Assembly (NCBI GenBank): GCA_963795855.1
Contig: CAWCIZ010000002.1
Location: 512,001 to 576,000 of the forward strand
Source: Vulcanimicrobiota bacterium
GTDB lineage: Bacteria; Vulcanimicrobiota; Vulcanimicrobiia; Vulcanimicrobiales; Vulcanimicrobiaceae
DNA length: 64,000 bases
Reading direction: 5' to 3'
Below, in pieces: positions 8,518 through 18,760 of this stretch (positions are counted from its first letter, which is position 1; every line of letters starts with the position of its first letter). Made by a program: the position numbers and the translations under genes. Below the pieces are notes generated by a model. The model saw only the letters and a list, made by a program, of their open reading frames with translations, was not told the origin of the DNA and made no database searches.

Positions 8518-11064
8518 CTACTTACGTCGCAGGGTCAGCTCGACGCGCACGTGGTTGCCGTAACCCGGGACGTACTCGACGTCGAAGGCTTTGCTCAAGC
8601 GCCGCACGATGAAGAGCCCACGTCCCGACTCGCTGAGCAAGTCGTCCGGCAGATGCAAAGACGGCTTGAAAGCCGGACCGCGATCGAGCACGTGCAGCGT
8701 CGGAGCACCATTCGTCCACTCCACATCGATGTCGATCGCTCCGGGCGCGTGGCGCACCACGTTTCCCACCAATTCGCCGAAAACGAGTTCGGCCGTTTGA
8801 ATCGCGTCGCAGTCTTGCGCCACCGTGCGCAGATACGAGACGAACTCACCGCGCGCGTCTTGCGCCGCTTTCGCGTTCTCCGCGTCGAACGACCAGCGAA
8901 TTCCCGATTCGAACGAGATCGTAAGGACGGCGACGTCGTCCGAGACTGCGTTCCCCAGGCACGCTTCTTCGATGAAGCGCGCGGGGCGGTGCGTGTGCAG
9001 GAGCGCGTCACGCATGACGACCTCGTGTAAGCGGAGGTTTCCGCCGATCACGTCATGCCGCGATTCGGTCAAGCCGTCCGTGTACAGCACGAGCATGCGC
9101 GCATCCTCGAAATCGACGGTGCACGATTCTGCAGCGGGCGCTTCATGACGCAGTCCAAGCGGCAGTCCTTCCGCGTGCAACTCTTCGACGCTTCGATCCC
9201 GTCGCACCAACGGCGGCGGATGACCTGCATTCGCAAAGCGCATCGTCTTGCGATCCGCGGCGATGAACCCGAGAAACGCCGTCACGATGGTGTCGGGATA
9301 CCGTCTAGCCAGCACCGATTCCACGGTATCCAAAATGCGCGCGGGATCCCGCTCGTACGACGGAGCGATCGCGAGCAAATGTCGGACTTTTCCCATGATC
9401 ACGGCCGCATCCGCGCCGCGTCCGGTGACGTCGCCGGCGCTCACTACGGTGGTGCCGTCCTCGAGCTGGAAGGCGTCGTACCAATCGCCTCCGACTTGCG
9501 CTTCCGTCGCGCTGGGCAGGTAGACGGCGTCGAACGAGAGCCCTTCGACACGCGGCAGCGAGGGCGGCAGCAGCGAATCTTGAAGCGTTTCCGACATGCG
9601 GCGTTCGCGTTCGAACACGTCCGCGTTTTCCAGTGCCACGGATGCGTGACGCCCGATGTCGGCGAGCAGCGCAACGTCTTCGGAATCGAGTTCGCGACCG
9701 TTTTCCGCATAATACGCCACCAGAGCGCCCTGCGCTTTGCCGCGCGAGTGAAGCGGAACCGTAACGATCGCACGCGGCGCAAGGCCCGCAATCTCGTCTG
9801 AAAGATACGGCCACACGCTGCGCGTGAGCGAATCCGGCTTCACATGCGTCCCGACGAGCGGTTTGCGCGACTGGATGTCTTTCACGAAACGCCTCTCGGC
9901 GTCGCCGTGCATGACGCGAATGCCGACCAGCGAACGGACGACGTCGTCGAGCGCGGCGTCGCGGTGCGATGCGCCGACCAGCCGAACCGCGCTGTCATCC
10001 TCCACCCGGAACACGGCCGCCATGTCGGCGATTTCGGACGCGACGAGTTGCGTCAGGTTGCCGAACGCCGTCGTGAGGTCGAACGATTCGTACACCGCCT
10101 CTGCGGCACGGCCGACAAATTGAAGACGGCGCCGCTCGCGCCGCTCGCGGCCGAGAGCGAGCATGGCGTCGATCCGGGCGGCGGCGCGCGACGCCAGCAT
10201 CGCCAGCACGTCTACGTCGTTGCGGTCGAATTCCCGGTGCGATTCCGCCGAATACATGATCACGCCGCCGAACATTTCGCCGCCGTGCGTAAGCGGCGCG
10301 ACGATCGCGGAGTGCAATCCGAGCCCCTGCATGATCGCCAAATGATCTGCGTCGCGCGCGGAACGGCGCAACTGTTCGTTCGTAATTCTCGGAATCAGCA
10401 CGGGCTGCTGCGTACGCAGAATGGTGTCGAGAGAGTCGTCCGCGTTCACCGGGTACCGTTCGAGAAATTGCTCGATGTAGCGCACGCGCTTGGGGTCGCG
10501 GTGCGCAATCGCGGCCACCTTATACCGTTCGCGCCGATCGGTGAGCATCACGAAGCACCAATCCGCAAAGCGCTGCACCGCGATGCGGGCGAATTGACCG
10601 CTGACTTCTTCGACACTCTCGGCGTTCGCAAATACTCCGGACGTCTCGATGACGAAGTCGAGGTTCTCCGTAGCGCGTTTTTGCGCGTCGACGTCGGTTG
10701 CCGTTCCGATCCAGTGCACGATTGCGCCGCCGTCGCCGCGCACCGGTTTGGCGCGCGCGAGAAACCAGCAATAGGTTTCATCGCCGGCGCGCCGCAGGCG
10801 AAACTCCGCTTCAAAGGGACGGCCGGTATCGAGCGAATCTCGCCACCGCTCGAAGACTTCACCCAGGTCGTCGCCATAGACGAGCGCCGAGAGACCGCGA
10901 TCGAGGGCTTCGCTTTGCGACAAGCCGGTATAGGCGAGCATCGGCGCGCTGAAAAACACGATGCGGCCGTCGCCGCGAGCCAGCCAGACGAAATTCGGAA
11001 GCGCGTCGGCTATCGCACAAAAAGTTGCGCGATCATCCTCCAACGCCTTCGCCAGCGAGTTCAT
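8518..11064 (-). CDS. PAS-GAF-GAF-SpoIIE(PP2C)-HATPase partner-switching signalling protein
   Basis: PAS/PAC (WIGTATDVD), two GAF-like segments, VGGDWYD/GDVTGRG/YTDGL/DDVA phosphatase motifs, ELVGNVVRHA and ESGRGLFIV anti-sigma kinase motifs. Confidence 0.9.
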   Translation of the reverse strand: MNSLAKALEDDRATFCAIADALPNFVWLARGDGRIVFFSAPMLAYTGLSQSEALDRGLSALVYGDDLGEVFERWRDSLDTGRPFEAEFRLRRAGDETYCWFLARAKPVRGDGGAIVHWIGTATDVDAQKRATENLDFVIETSGVFANAESVEEVSGQFARIAVQRFADWCFVMLTDRRERYKVAAIAHRDPKRVRYIEQFLERYPVNADDSLDTILRTQQPVLIPRITNEQLRRSARDADHLAIMQGLGLHSAIVAPLTHGGEMFGGVIMYSAESHREFDRNDVDVLAMLASRAAARIDAMLALGRERRERRRLQFVGRAAEAVYESFDLTTAFGNLTQLVASEIADMAAVFRVEDDSAVRLVGASHRDAALDDVVRSLVGIRVMHGDAERRFVKDIQSRKPLVGTHVKPDSLTRSVWPYLSDEIAGLAPRAIVTVPLHSRGKAQGALVAYYAENGRELDSEDVALLADIGRHASVALENADVFERERRMSETLQDSLLPPSLPRVEGLSFDAVYLPSATEAQVGGDWYDAFQLEDGTTVVSAGDVTGRGADAAVIMGKVRHLLAIAPSYERDPARILDTVESVLARRYPDTIVTAFLGFIAADRKTMRFANAGHPPPLVRRDRSVEELHAEGLPLGLRHEAPAAESCTVDFEDARMLVLYTDGLTESRHDVIGGNLRLHEVVMRDALLHTHRPARFIEEACLGNAVSDDVAVLTISFESGIRWSFDAENAKAAQDARGEFVSYLRTVAQDCDAIQTAELVFGELVGNVVRHAPGAIDIDVEWTNGAPTLHVLDRGPAFKPSLHLPDDLLSESGRGLFIVRRLSKAFDVEYVPGYGNHVRVELTLRRK

Positions 11065-11854
11065 TTCCAACTCCGACACTACTACTCCCGAGTGCAACGG
11101 AAATTAGCGGGCGCATATCGCCGATGAGTGACTGTACGTTCTCGCGGAAGCGCTCCCTGTCGCCGCTCGTCGTGCAGAGGAGTTCGGACGTGCCGGGCGG
11201 GATGCCGAGGTCGTCCACCAAGCGGGCAGCCCGTTGCGCATGCATTTGGGCCGGATCGACCAAGGCCACCTCCGAACCCAGGACCGCCCGAAAGTGCGTC
11301 TCGAGCAGCGGATAGTGCGTGCATGCCAATACCACCGCATCGACGTTGGGCGGCAGATGCGCGCACACGGCGGCCACGGCCCGGCGCGTTTCCGCTCCAT
11401 CCAACTTGCCCGCTTCAACGAGCGGCACGAGCGCCGGCGCGGCGATTTCGCTCACACGGGTTCCCGGCACGCGCTCGCCGATCGTCAGCGCGTAGGCGCC
11501 GCTGCGCGCGGTTGCGGCGGTCGCGATTACGCCGATGTTGCGATAGCCGCCGGCTTCTACTGCGATTGCCGCGGATTCGATGAGATCTAGAATAGGCGCG
11601 GCGGATGCAGGCCAGCCCAGCTCCGAAGCGGTGGCGCACGAGGTATTGCACGCCATGATGACGGCTTTCACGCCTGCCCCGTTCAACCGGTTCAGATTAC
11701 TTTCGGTTAGCGCGAGCAGCTCGCCCGGCGTTCGATCTCCGTACGGTACGTTGGCCTGATCCGCGAAGTACAGCAGGTCGTGAAGCGGCAGCAGCTCGCG
11801 CAAGCGGCGCACGACGGTGAGGCCGCCGAGGCCGGAATCGAAGACGCCGAGCAT
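11033..11854 (-). CDS. murI: Glutamate racemase
   Basis: MLGVFDSGLGGLTV, ACNTS, LACTHYP. Confidence 0.95.
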   Translation of the reverse strand: MLGVFDSGLGGLTVVRRLRELLPLHDLLYFADQANVPYGDRTPGELLALTESNLNRLNGAGVKAVIMACNTSCATASELGWPASAAPILDLIESAAIAVEAGGYRNIGVIATAATARSGAYALTIGERVPGTRVSEIAAPALVPLVEAGKLDGAETRRAVAAVCAHLPPNVDAVVLACTHYPLLETHFRAVLGSEVALVDPAQMHAQRAARLVDDLGIPPGTSELLCTTSGDRERFRENVQSLIGDMRPLISVALGSSSVGVGNELAGEGVGG

Positions 11855-13716
11855 TACTGACCGCTCGCGCTCGACGCGGGCGGAGGAGAACCGGCAAAAT
11901 CGCCGATGCCGTCGGCGATCGCCTGCGCCATCTGCTGGCGCCATTGCGGCGATTGCAGCAGCGCGCGATCGTCGGGATTCGAAACGAAAGCCGTTTCGAT
12001 CAGCGTCGCGGGCATGTCGGCGTGATGCACGACGTACAACTTCTCCTTGACGACGCCGTCGTTCTTGAGATCCAGTTCGCTGCCGATACGTCTATCGACG
12101 GCTTGCGCGAGCGCCAAATCATTCGGTTTATAGTAGAACACGGTCGCGCCGTGCGGTCCCGCGTTCATGAACGCGTTGACGTGCACGCTGACGAACAGCC
12201 GAGCACCGTTGTGATTCGCTACGTCGTCGCGCGCTTGAAGTTCGTCGTTAGCCGAATCGTTGGGCGCATAGACGTCGCGATCGGTTTCACGCGTCATCAT
12301 CACCAGCCATCCGCGCGCAGTTAGAATGTCGCGCAAGCGCTTCGAGATGTCGAGCGTCAGCGTCTTCTCGACCGCGTCGCCGCGATACGATCCCGGATCG
12401 CTGCCGCCGTGGCCGGGATCGATGACGATGAGGCGCGGATTCGCCGCCACGTACGGGCTTGAAGTGGGACGCGGCGAGAATTTCCACGGGCCGGGAGCGG
12501 GCGAAACGGCGGCGACGGCGTTCTCTCCGGTCATTCCCGAGCCGCTGCGCGCAACGCCGTTGTCCGCAACGGTCGTATTGACGGTAATGACGATGCCGCT
12601 TTCGTCCGGCGTGACGTCGATTTCATTGAAGTCTTCGAGTGAAAGCGCGATGCGCACGGTGTCGGGGCTCTGCTGATGCACCCGCATCGACGTAACCGGT
12701 CCGCTGCCGGGCTCGTTCGCCGGCGGCACGGCGAGCCGCGCGCCGTGCACGTCCAGCCAGAACCGGTTGTCGGGAGGACGCAAACGGTGCCAATCGTACG
12801 TCGCGTTGCCGCTGACGGCGATACGGATCACTTGTGCGCCGTTCTGTTCTGCGCTTTCGACGCCGGTCACTTGCACCGGCGCCGTGGTTTGCGTTGCGGT
12901 AGGGGACGGCGGCGCCGTTTCGCTGGTTTCGGGCGGCGGAGCCTGTGCGATCGGCTGCGCGCTCGCCGCGCCGTTGAATCCGATCGTGAAGTCGCGCTGG
13001 TCGTCCGTGCCCGGCGCGGAGTGCGTGGTTCCCGGCGTAAGAATCAGCGTAACTTGCGTCTGCGGATGCGTTACGGTTCCCGACGTACGAACGTCGATGC
13101 GCTGCACCGGACCTCCGCCGACGATCCGCGTTGGCGGAAGCGTGCTCCCCAATCCGTCGAACGCGATCGTCAGTTTGTTCGGCGCGTCGGACGTCACCCG
13201 CGCGTCGATCGGTTCCCCGGCATGTGCGACGAGTTTCGCGCCTTGCGGACTGCTCTGCACGTCGATCGACGTGAGCTGCGGCTGAAGCACCAGCTGCGTG
13301 CCGTTGGATTTGACGGCGTATTCAAGGCCGTGCAGCAATTCGTCGAGCGGAACGTACGGACGCCCGTCGAGTAAAAACGGTGCAAACGGCGCCGATTCGG
13401 TTACCGGGCCGACATCGTACCGGGTATCGCCGAGCGAAAACGAGATCACGGCCGGCTCCGCCGACGTGACGAGCACATACCGCTCGCCCGGCTGCCAAGT
13501 AAGCGTTGCGCCGATTCGGCTGAGCAGCGTCGCGACGCCCGGATCGTCTATGGCAACGGCGCGCGAAGCATTTTGCGTGCGTACGTGAGTCAGGACGATG
13601 GGCCGGCCGTCGAGATGCAGCGTAAGCCGATCGTCGGCACGCGCAGGCGCGCTCGGAAGTGCGAGCGCGGCCAGCAGCGCTAAAACGCTACCAATCCGAA
13701 CGGCGTAAAGGCTCAT
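11854..13716 (-). CDS. N-acetylmuramoyl-L-alanine amidase (Amidase_3) with AMIN domains and signal peptide
   Basis: IVIDPGHGGSDPG, FVSVHVN, PATLIETAFVSN; RFWLDV/TVRIAL AMIN-like segments. Confidence 0.9.
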   Translation of the reverse strand: MSLYAVRIGSVLALLAALALPSAPARADDRLTLHLDGRPIVLTHVRTQNASRAVAIDDPGVATLLSRIGATLTWQPGERYVLVTSAEPAVISFSLGDTRYDVGPVTESAPFAPFLLDGRPYVPLDELLHGLEYAVKSNGTQLVLQPQLTSIDVQSSPQGAKLVAHAGEPIDARVTSDAPNKLTIAFDGLGSTLPPTRIVGGGPVQRIDVRTSGTVTHPQTQVTLILTPGTTHSAPGTDDQRDFTIGFNGAASAQPIAQAPPPETSETAPPSPTATQTTAPVQVTGVESAEQNGAQVIRIAVSGNATYDWHRLRPPDNRFWLDVHGARLAVPPANEPGSGPVTSMRVHQQSPDTVRIALSLEDFNEIDVTPDESGIVITVNTTVADNGVARSGSGMTGENAVAAVSPAPGPWKFSPRPTSSPYVAANPRLIVIDPGHGGSDPGSYRGDAVEKTLTLDISKRLRDILTARGWLVMMTRETDRDVYAPNDSANDELQARDDVANHNGARLFVSVHVNAFMNAGPHGATVFYYKPNDLALAQAVDRRIGSELDLKNDGVVKEKLYVVHHADMPATLIETAFVSNPDDRALLQSPQWRQQMAQAIADGIGDFAGSPPPASSASGQ

Positions 13717-14209
13717 CAAGTTCAAGGTGCCCCCCCGGGAGCGTACTCAGCGTTTGTCCTTGCACGCGAACGGCTACGCGATCGATCCCCGGCAGCGCCG
13801 TCAGCGTCCACACCAGCGATTTGAAGGCCCCGCTTTCGTCGAGCACTCCACCCGTCTGGTTTTTGACCTCACTTGAAAGATCGACCGTTGCGGTCGAATC
13901 GTTAACGTCCGCCGAGACCACATGCGTTCCCGTTGGAAAACGGACGGAAGGCACGGTGCTCGGCGGCCCCGCGACGGCCTGCGTCGCGGCGTAAAGAACG
14001 GCGTTGCGAAGATGCTCGGCGGCGCTTTCACCGGCTTCTCGAGGACGCATCGAAACGGTCCACGGAATCTCGCTCGAACCGTCGGGCTTCGTGTAGTACA
14101 CCGTGATGTGCTCGCCCACGGGACTGCCCCGATGCGACGCGATATACCACGACACGCCCGCCACGATAACGAGCACCACGATCCAGAAAAAAGCCCGTGA
14201 CGTTCTCAC
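13688..14209 (-). CDS. GerMN domain protein
   Basis: N-terminal TM; ATVDLSSE...SLVWTLTALPGIDRVAVRVQG; typical context with amidase and murI. Confidence 0.85.
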   Translation of the reverse strand: MRTSRAFFWIVVLVIVAGVSWYIASHRGSPVGEHITVYYTKPDGSSEIPWTVSMRPREAGESAAEHLRNAVLYAATQAVAGPPSTVPSVRFPTGTHVVSADVNDSTATVDLSSEVKNQTGGVLDESGAFKSLVWTLTALPGIDRVAVRVQGQTLSTLPGGHLELDEPLRRSDW

Positions 14210-14376
14210 GGACGCAAAACTTCGGCGAATGCGCGCGCGCGGCCTTTACTCGCCCGCCGTGCGCTCCCGATCGTCACGCCGGGTTTGTTCTTCCGCTCGG
14301 CGCAGCACATCCGAAACGTAGTTGTCGATGATGACCGTGATCTGCAGCATCGAACGCGCAATGGTGCGGGCCGGCT

Positions 14377-14748
14377 TTACCCGTGCAGCGTGAGCGGGTA
14401 CCGGAAATACAGCTGCGTTCCGTACCAAATGGTCAGGACGACGAAGACGAACCCGAGCAGGCTCATGCCGACGGCTGCCGCCACGTTTTTCGGCGAGCGG
14501 TCGTAGATGCGCCGGCCCGCGATGTACGCGAACAAGGCGATCAACGCGCCGAGGATGTGGATCCACAGCGTGCGCGGCAGCGGAACGCGCGCGGCGCCCG
14601 CCCACGCGGCGACGACGATACCGATGAGGATTTGCAGGCCGATGACGCCGGACATCGTGCGGCGCCCCATCTGCACCCATCCGACGAACAAAGCCACCAG
14701 TAAAACGAAAAAGGCAAAACCGAAATGCACTTCAAGCGCGATGTTCAT
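14377..14748 (-). CDS. Small 4-TM membrane protein
   Basis: Hydrophobic ORF MNIALEVHFG..., GAAGG RBS. Confidence 0.6.
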   Translation of the reverse strand: MNIALEVHFGFAFFVLLVALFVGWVQMGRRTMSGVIGLQILIGIVVAAWAGAARVPLPRTLWIHILGALIALFAYIAGRRIYDRSPKNVAAAVGMSLLGFVFVVLTIWYGTQLYFRYPLTLHG

Positions 14749-14806
14749 ACGTTCGCCTTCGACGGGGCGGATTGCGCAACCGCTAACTTTGTGGTACAAA
14801 GTTTGT

Positions 14807-15364
14807 ATGAAGTTTGCGGGTTGGCTCGCCGTGGCGGCGATTTGCCTTGTCGTTCTCATCGCCGGCGCCGAAGCGGCGCTTGTCTTCGGGCGTCCGCCTC
14901 AGCCGCTTCCGCTCGGTACCGTGCAATGGTTTTACGAAGTCGGCACGACCGTCGACAGCGTCGACCGCGCGGAAGAGATCGGCGCCGGCGCTCACGCGCT
15001 GCGCGCGAAGGGAATCTTCTACATCGTTCACGCGCGCATAATCGCGCCGTTCGGGCTGCGCCCGACGTGGCACGACAGCGACGTCGCGGTGGAAACCTTC
15101 GCGCACACCGGCGCGACGATGCCGCCGCAAACGTTTACCGTCGACGAACCCGCACAAGCGGTGCTCGACCGTCAAACCGGACGTCCGGGACCGGAGCATT
15201 TAGTTCGCGGCGCTCAGCAGCACGAAGATCTCGTCTTCGATCTTCCGCGGAACGTCGAGCAGCCCGCGCTGGTGTTTTTGCCGGCAAACGATCCGACGGC
15301 GATGCTGGACATCGTCTTCTTGCACTTTTGGCAGCCGCACCGCTTCAATCTGCGGTACGACTGA
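14807..15364 (+). CDS. Hypothetical membrane-anchored protein (Ig-like/DUF4352-like)
   Basis: N-terminal TM; AKGIFYIVHARI and DLVFDLP beta motifs. Confidence 0.6.
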   Translation: MKFAGWLAVAAICLVVLIAGAEAALVFGRPPQPLPLGTVQWFYEVGTTVDSVDRAEEIGAGAHALRAKGIFYIVHARIIAPFGLRPTWHDSDVAVETFAHTGATMPPQTFTVDEPAQAVLDRQTGRPGPEHLVRGAQQHEDLVFDLPRNVEQPALVFLPANDPTAMLDIVFLHFWQPHRFNLRYD

Positions 15365-15378
15365 CGGCATGCAGCCGG

Positions 15379-16236
15379 CTATCGATCGCGCGTAACTTCA
15401 GCCGGTGTAATCGTCGGGCCGTTATTGCCCCAGGACGTGCGCTCGTGATCGACGACGGCCGCGATTTGCGCGTCGCTCAATTGCGGACCGAACGCGGGCA
15501 TCTGCGCCGCAAAAACTTTTCCACCGATCGATTTGCCGGAAAGGCCGTGAATCACGATTTTCACGTGCGCGTCGGCATCACTGCCGTTCACGATGGGATC
15601 GCCCGCGAGCGCCGGAAATACGCCCGGCGTTCCGGCCCCCGCTTCGCCGTGGCAAGACGCGCAGTTTTGCGAATACACTTGCGCGCCCAAAGCGGAGTAA
15701 TCGAAGCCCGCGACGTTCTTGCTGCCGGCAGCGGCGTTTGCAGCAACGGGTGCGGCGGTTTGCGATCCGGTTTGAGTCGCGGGACCGACTGCGGCTGCAA
15801 TCGTCGGGTTCGGCGCGTAGGTCGGCGTTTGCGCAAATGCCGCCGGCGTCGGAAAGAACTCTAGGCCGTACCACATCGCCCAGACGCCGATGATCACGAT
15901 CAGCACCCACGTCCAAACCGGAATCGGACCGGGCGATTCGGCGCGAACGGGATCGAACGGCTCTTCGGCGCTGAACGCATTGACGTCGAGATCGATCGCG
16001 CCGCGAACTCGCGACCCCGCGCGCAAGCCGGTAACCGTTATTCCGGGCCCGTTCGAGACCACGAACGGAATCTTGCGCACGCCGACGCTTCCCACGGCGT
16101 CGACCGCTTCGATGCGCAGCACGTGTTCGCCGTCCGGGAAAGCGCGCGTATCCAAGTGCACGCGCGCGGGCGGCCGGTACGACGCAATCGGCGTATCGGA
16201 ATCGTCGAGATAGACGCGGACTTGCACCGGGTCCAT
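15379..16236 (-). CDS. Membrane-anchored monohaem cytochrome c with N-terminal beta/Ig-like domain
   Basis: CASCH, FPALAG, QMPAF axial Met; central TM helix. Confidence 0.88.
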   Translation of the reverse strand: MDPVQVRVYLDDSDTPIASYRPPARVHLDTRAFPDGEHVLRIEAVDAVGSVGVRKIPFVVSNGPGITVTGLRAGSRVRGAIDLDVNAFSAEEPFDPVRAESPGPIPVWTWVLIVIIGVWAMWYGLEFFPTPAAFAQTPTYAPNPTIAAAVGPATQTGSQTAAPVAANAAAGSKNVAGFDYSALGAQVYSQNCASCHGEAGAGTPGVFPALAGDPIVNGSDADAHVKIVIHGLSGKSIGGKVFAAQMPAFGPQLSDAQIAAVVDHERTSWGNNGPTITPAEVTRDR

Positions 16237-16373
16237 CAGCGGTCGCTCCGCAGCACGATGCGCTTGGGATGATCCGGTTCGGTTTCGCCGGGCCGAATCG
16301 TCCAATACACGGCGGCGCAAACCGTCCACAGCGTGGCGAGTGTGCCGGCTGCCACGATGATCGTTCCAATCAT
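16236..16373 (-). CDS. 45-aa single-TM peptide in the oxidase operon (CcoQ/CcoS-like position)
   Basis: MIGTIIVAAGTLATLWTVCAAVYWTIRPGETEPDHPKRIVLRSDR*; ATGA and TGATG overlaps with both neighbours. Confidence 0.65.
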   Translation of the reverse strand: MIGTIIVAAGTLATLWTVCAAVYWTIRPGETEPDHPKRIVLRSDR

Positions 16374-16954
16374 TTACCGGTGCCGGCTCCCAGCGGCGCC
16401 TGCTTGAGCGATTTCAAATACGCGACCAAATCTTGTGCTTGCTGCGTCGCGACGATCGTGCCGCCGTTCGGACCGAAGCCTGGCGGCACGGGCACGGTCA
16501 CGTCGCCGGCGCCCGCAGTCTTCTTGACGGCGAACAGCCAGCTGTATCGCGGCATGATCGACTCGTGGACGACCGCGCGCGGATCCCACAAATGAATGTA
16601 TTGCCACACGTCGCTCGGCTGGCGCAAGCCGATGTTGCTCAAGTCCGGGCCCGTGCGTTCGGTGCCGAGCAGCTGCGGCGTATCGTACACGTAATCGCCG
16701 CCGACGGACGGGCGGCCGAAGACTTTGTCTTGTATGAGCGGCCGCACGTTCTGCGTATGGCAATACGAACAGCCCTCACTCACGTACACCGCGCGGCCGC
16801 GAGCCTGCTGCGGCGTGAGCGGATGAACGCCGGCCAGGGGTTGTTCGTGCGAAAGCACGCTGCCCGGTATCACGCCCATGAGTATGCAGAAGCATCCATA
16901 AATGAGGGCGGCCGAGGCGACCAGGGTCCAGACGTTGTTCATCCCGCGGTTCAT
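16370..16954 (-). CDS. ccoO: cbb3-type cytochrome c oxidase subunit II
   Basis: GRAVYVSEGCSYCHTQNVR, GTERTGPDL, SIMPRY. Confidence 0.92.
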   Translation of the reverse strand: MNRGMNNVWTLVASAALIYGCFCILMGVIPGSVLSHEQPLAGVHPLTPQQARGRAVYVSEGCSYCHTQNVRPLIQDKVFGRPSVGGDYVYDTPQLLGTERTGPDLSNIGLRQPSDVWQYIHLWDPRAVVHESIMPRYSWLFAVKKTAGAGDVTVPVPPGFGPNGGTIVATQQAQDLVAYLKSLKQAPLGAGTGK

Positions 16955-18351
16955 GCGGACACCGACTGCGGCATCCGCTCGTACTTCAACGTCTCAGGGC
17001 GCGGCGAGACGGTCATCAGATACACGTTATACGCAAAAATGAGGTGCGAGGCGAACATCGCGATTCCGGCAACCGCTCGCCCTAGCCAATACGGTGCCGC
17101 CGCCTCGACCGACGCGATGAACGGGTTGCCGGACGCCCACGCCAGGCCTTGCTCCGTGCCGCCGACCGAGAGAAAGACGACGTACGCCGTGACGCCGACC
17201 GTCGCGAGCCAGAAATGCAATCCGGTCGCAATTGCGGATGGGCGCTTTCCCGTTGCGCGCGGCAGCAGCGCGTAGATCGCGCCCCAGGCGATAAAGGTGA
17301 TGAACCCGTACATCGTCGCGTGCGAGTGGCCGACGGTGTAACTGGTCAGATGCCAAATCGCCTGCAAACTGCGAAACGCCTCGACCGTTCCTTGCGTGGA
17401 ACCCAAAAGATAGTACGCGACGCCCACGACGAAAAACGGCAGCGCATACGATCGGCGCACGGTTTCCCACGAGTACCGCATCGTTAGAAAGAAATTTCCC
17501 GAGCCCGCCCACACCGGCACGAGCATACCGACGCTGAAAACGATCGCGAGCGTTTGGAACCACCAGGGCAGCGGCGTAAATTCGTAGTGATGCGCGCCGA
17601 TCACCGGATAAAAAACGAGATTCGTCCAAAAACCGAGCACGCCGAGCGCATAGGAGTAAATCGGCCGGTTCAGCAGCTTCGGCAGCGCATAATAGGTGAC
17701 GCCGAGCGCGAGGAACGTGAACCACATGCCCACCGCGTTGTGCATGAAGAACGCCTGCACGGCGACTTGCCCCATTCCGTACTGATACGTCGGGACGTAC
17801 GCGGTAATGCCTAAAAGCAGCGTGAAGATGAACGCGCCGATGGTGTACCAATTCGAGATGTAGAGTTCGCGCTCGATGCGGCGGGCAGCGGTGCCGAGAA
17901 GCGCAACGAACGCGCATGCGAGCGCCGCAACGAAGATCAGGATCACCCACCACACCCACTCGCGATACTCTTGATCGCCGTGGTTTACGCCGAGATCCAG
18001 CGTGACCGTCCCGCAAATAGCCGCGAGATTGAACAGCGCTAAACCAGCCCAGGCAAAACGTTTGTTCTGAACCGGAATACCCGACGTTCGAGCGGCGACG
18101 TAGAGCGCGGCGCCCGTCAGCGCGACCGACGCCCAACCGTAAAATGCGTCGTTGGTGTGAATCGCGCGCAGCCGCCCGAACGAGAGATACGGGCTGGTCG
18201 CCCAATCCGGATACGGAAACTTGAAACTCAGCAGCAAACCAACGGCGGTGCTGAGCAGCAGCCAAAACGTCGCCGACAGCGTGAAGGAACTGAAGAGTGC
18301 ACTGTCTTCGGGTTCCACGTTGTCACGAAGAAGCTCCACCGAGACGCTCAC
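16951..18351 (-). CDS. ccoN: cbb3-type haem-copper oxidase subunit I
   Basis: SFGRLRAIHTN, EYRE, HNAVG, FYPVIGAHH, VGHSH His ligands. Confidence 0.92.
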   Translation of the reverse strand: MSVSVELLRDNVEPEDSALFSSFTLSATFWLLLSTAVGLLLSFKFPYPDWATSPYLSFGRLRAIHTNDAFYGWASVALTGAALYVAARTSGIPVQNKRFAWAGLALFNLAAICGTVTLDLGVNHGDQEYREWVWWVILIFVAALACAFVALLGTAARRIERELYISNWYTIGAFIFTLLLGITAYVPTYQYGMGQVAVQAFFMHNAVGMWFTFLALGVTYYALPKLLNRPIYSYALGVLGFWTNLVFYPVIGAHHYEFTPLPWWFQTLAIVFSVGMLVPVWAGSGNFFLTMRYSWETVRRSYALPFFVVGVAYYLLGSTQGTVEAFRSLQAIWHLTSYTVGHSHATMYGFITFIAWGAIYALLPRATGKRPSAIATGLHFWLATVGVTAYVVFLSVGGTEQGLAWASGNPFIASVEAAAPYWLGRAVAGIAMFASHLIFAYNVYLMTVSPRPETLKYERMPQSVSA

Positions 18352-18416
18352 TGCACGCGTTGTGCCCGGCAGAACTGCTAACTACGCGGCACCCGCCCGC
18401 CCGCTTCGGCGGACGG

Positions 18417-18713
18417 CTACGCTTTTCGAAGCTTGTAACCGACGCCGTACACCGTCACGATGTACGTCGGATCGTCGGGCTTGGGTTCGATCTTGCGGCG
18501 CAGATTGTTGATGTGCCGGTCGAGGGTGCGCTCGAAGATGCCGCCGTCGTCGTGCACCAAATCGAGAATCTGCGAGCGCGTAAGCACTTGACCGGCGTTT
18601 TGCAGGAGCACGCTGAGAATGCGAAACTCGGCGGGCGTTACCCCGACCAACTGCCCGTTGACGCGCACTTCATGCGCGCCTTCGTCAATCTCCAAGTCGC
18701 GAATGCGGCTCAT
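18417..18713 (-). CDS. Stand-alone OmpR/PhoB-type DNA-binding domain (no receiver)
   Basis: VTPAEFRIL...TRSQIL...ERTLDRHINNLRRKIE...IVTVYGVGYK. Confidence 0.85.
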   Translation of the reverse strand: MSRIRDLEIDEGAHEVRVNGQLVGVTPAEFRILSVLLQNAGQVLTRSQILDLVHDDGGIFERTLDRHINNLRRKIEPKPDDPTYIVTVYGVGYKLRKA

Positions 18714-18760
18714 CAGCGGATAGATTAACCGCCTTCGCCGGAAAATCCGCCGCGGAAAAA

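Noticed and set aside
14246..14350. 34-aa ORF MLQITVIIDNYVSDVLRRAEEQ...
   Set aside because: Plausible composition but no clear RBS or recognisable motif, so it cannot be supported.
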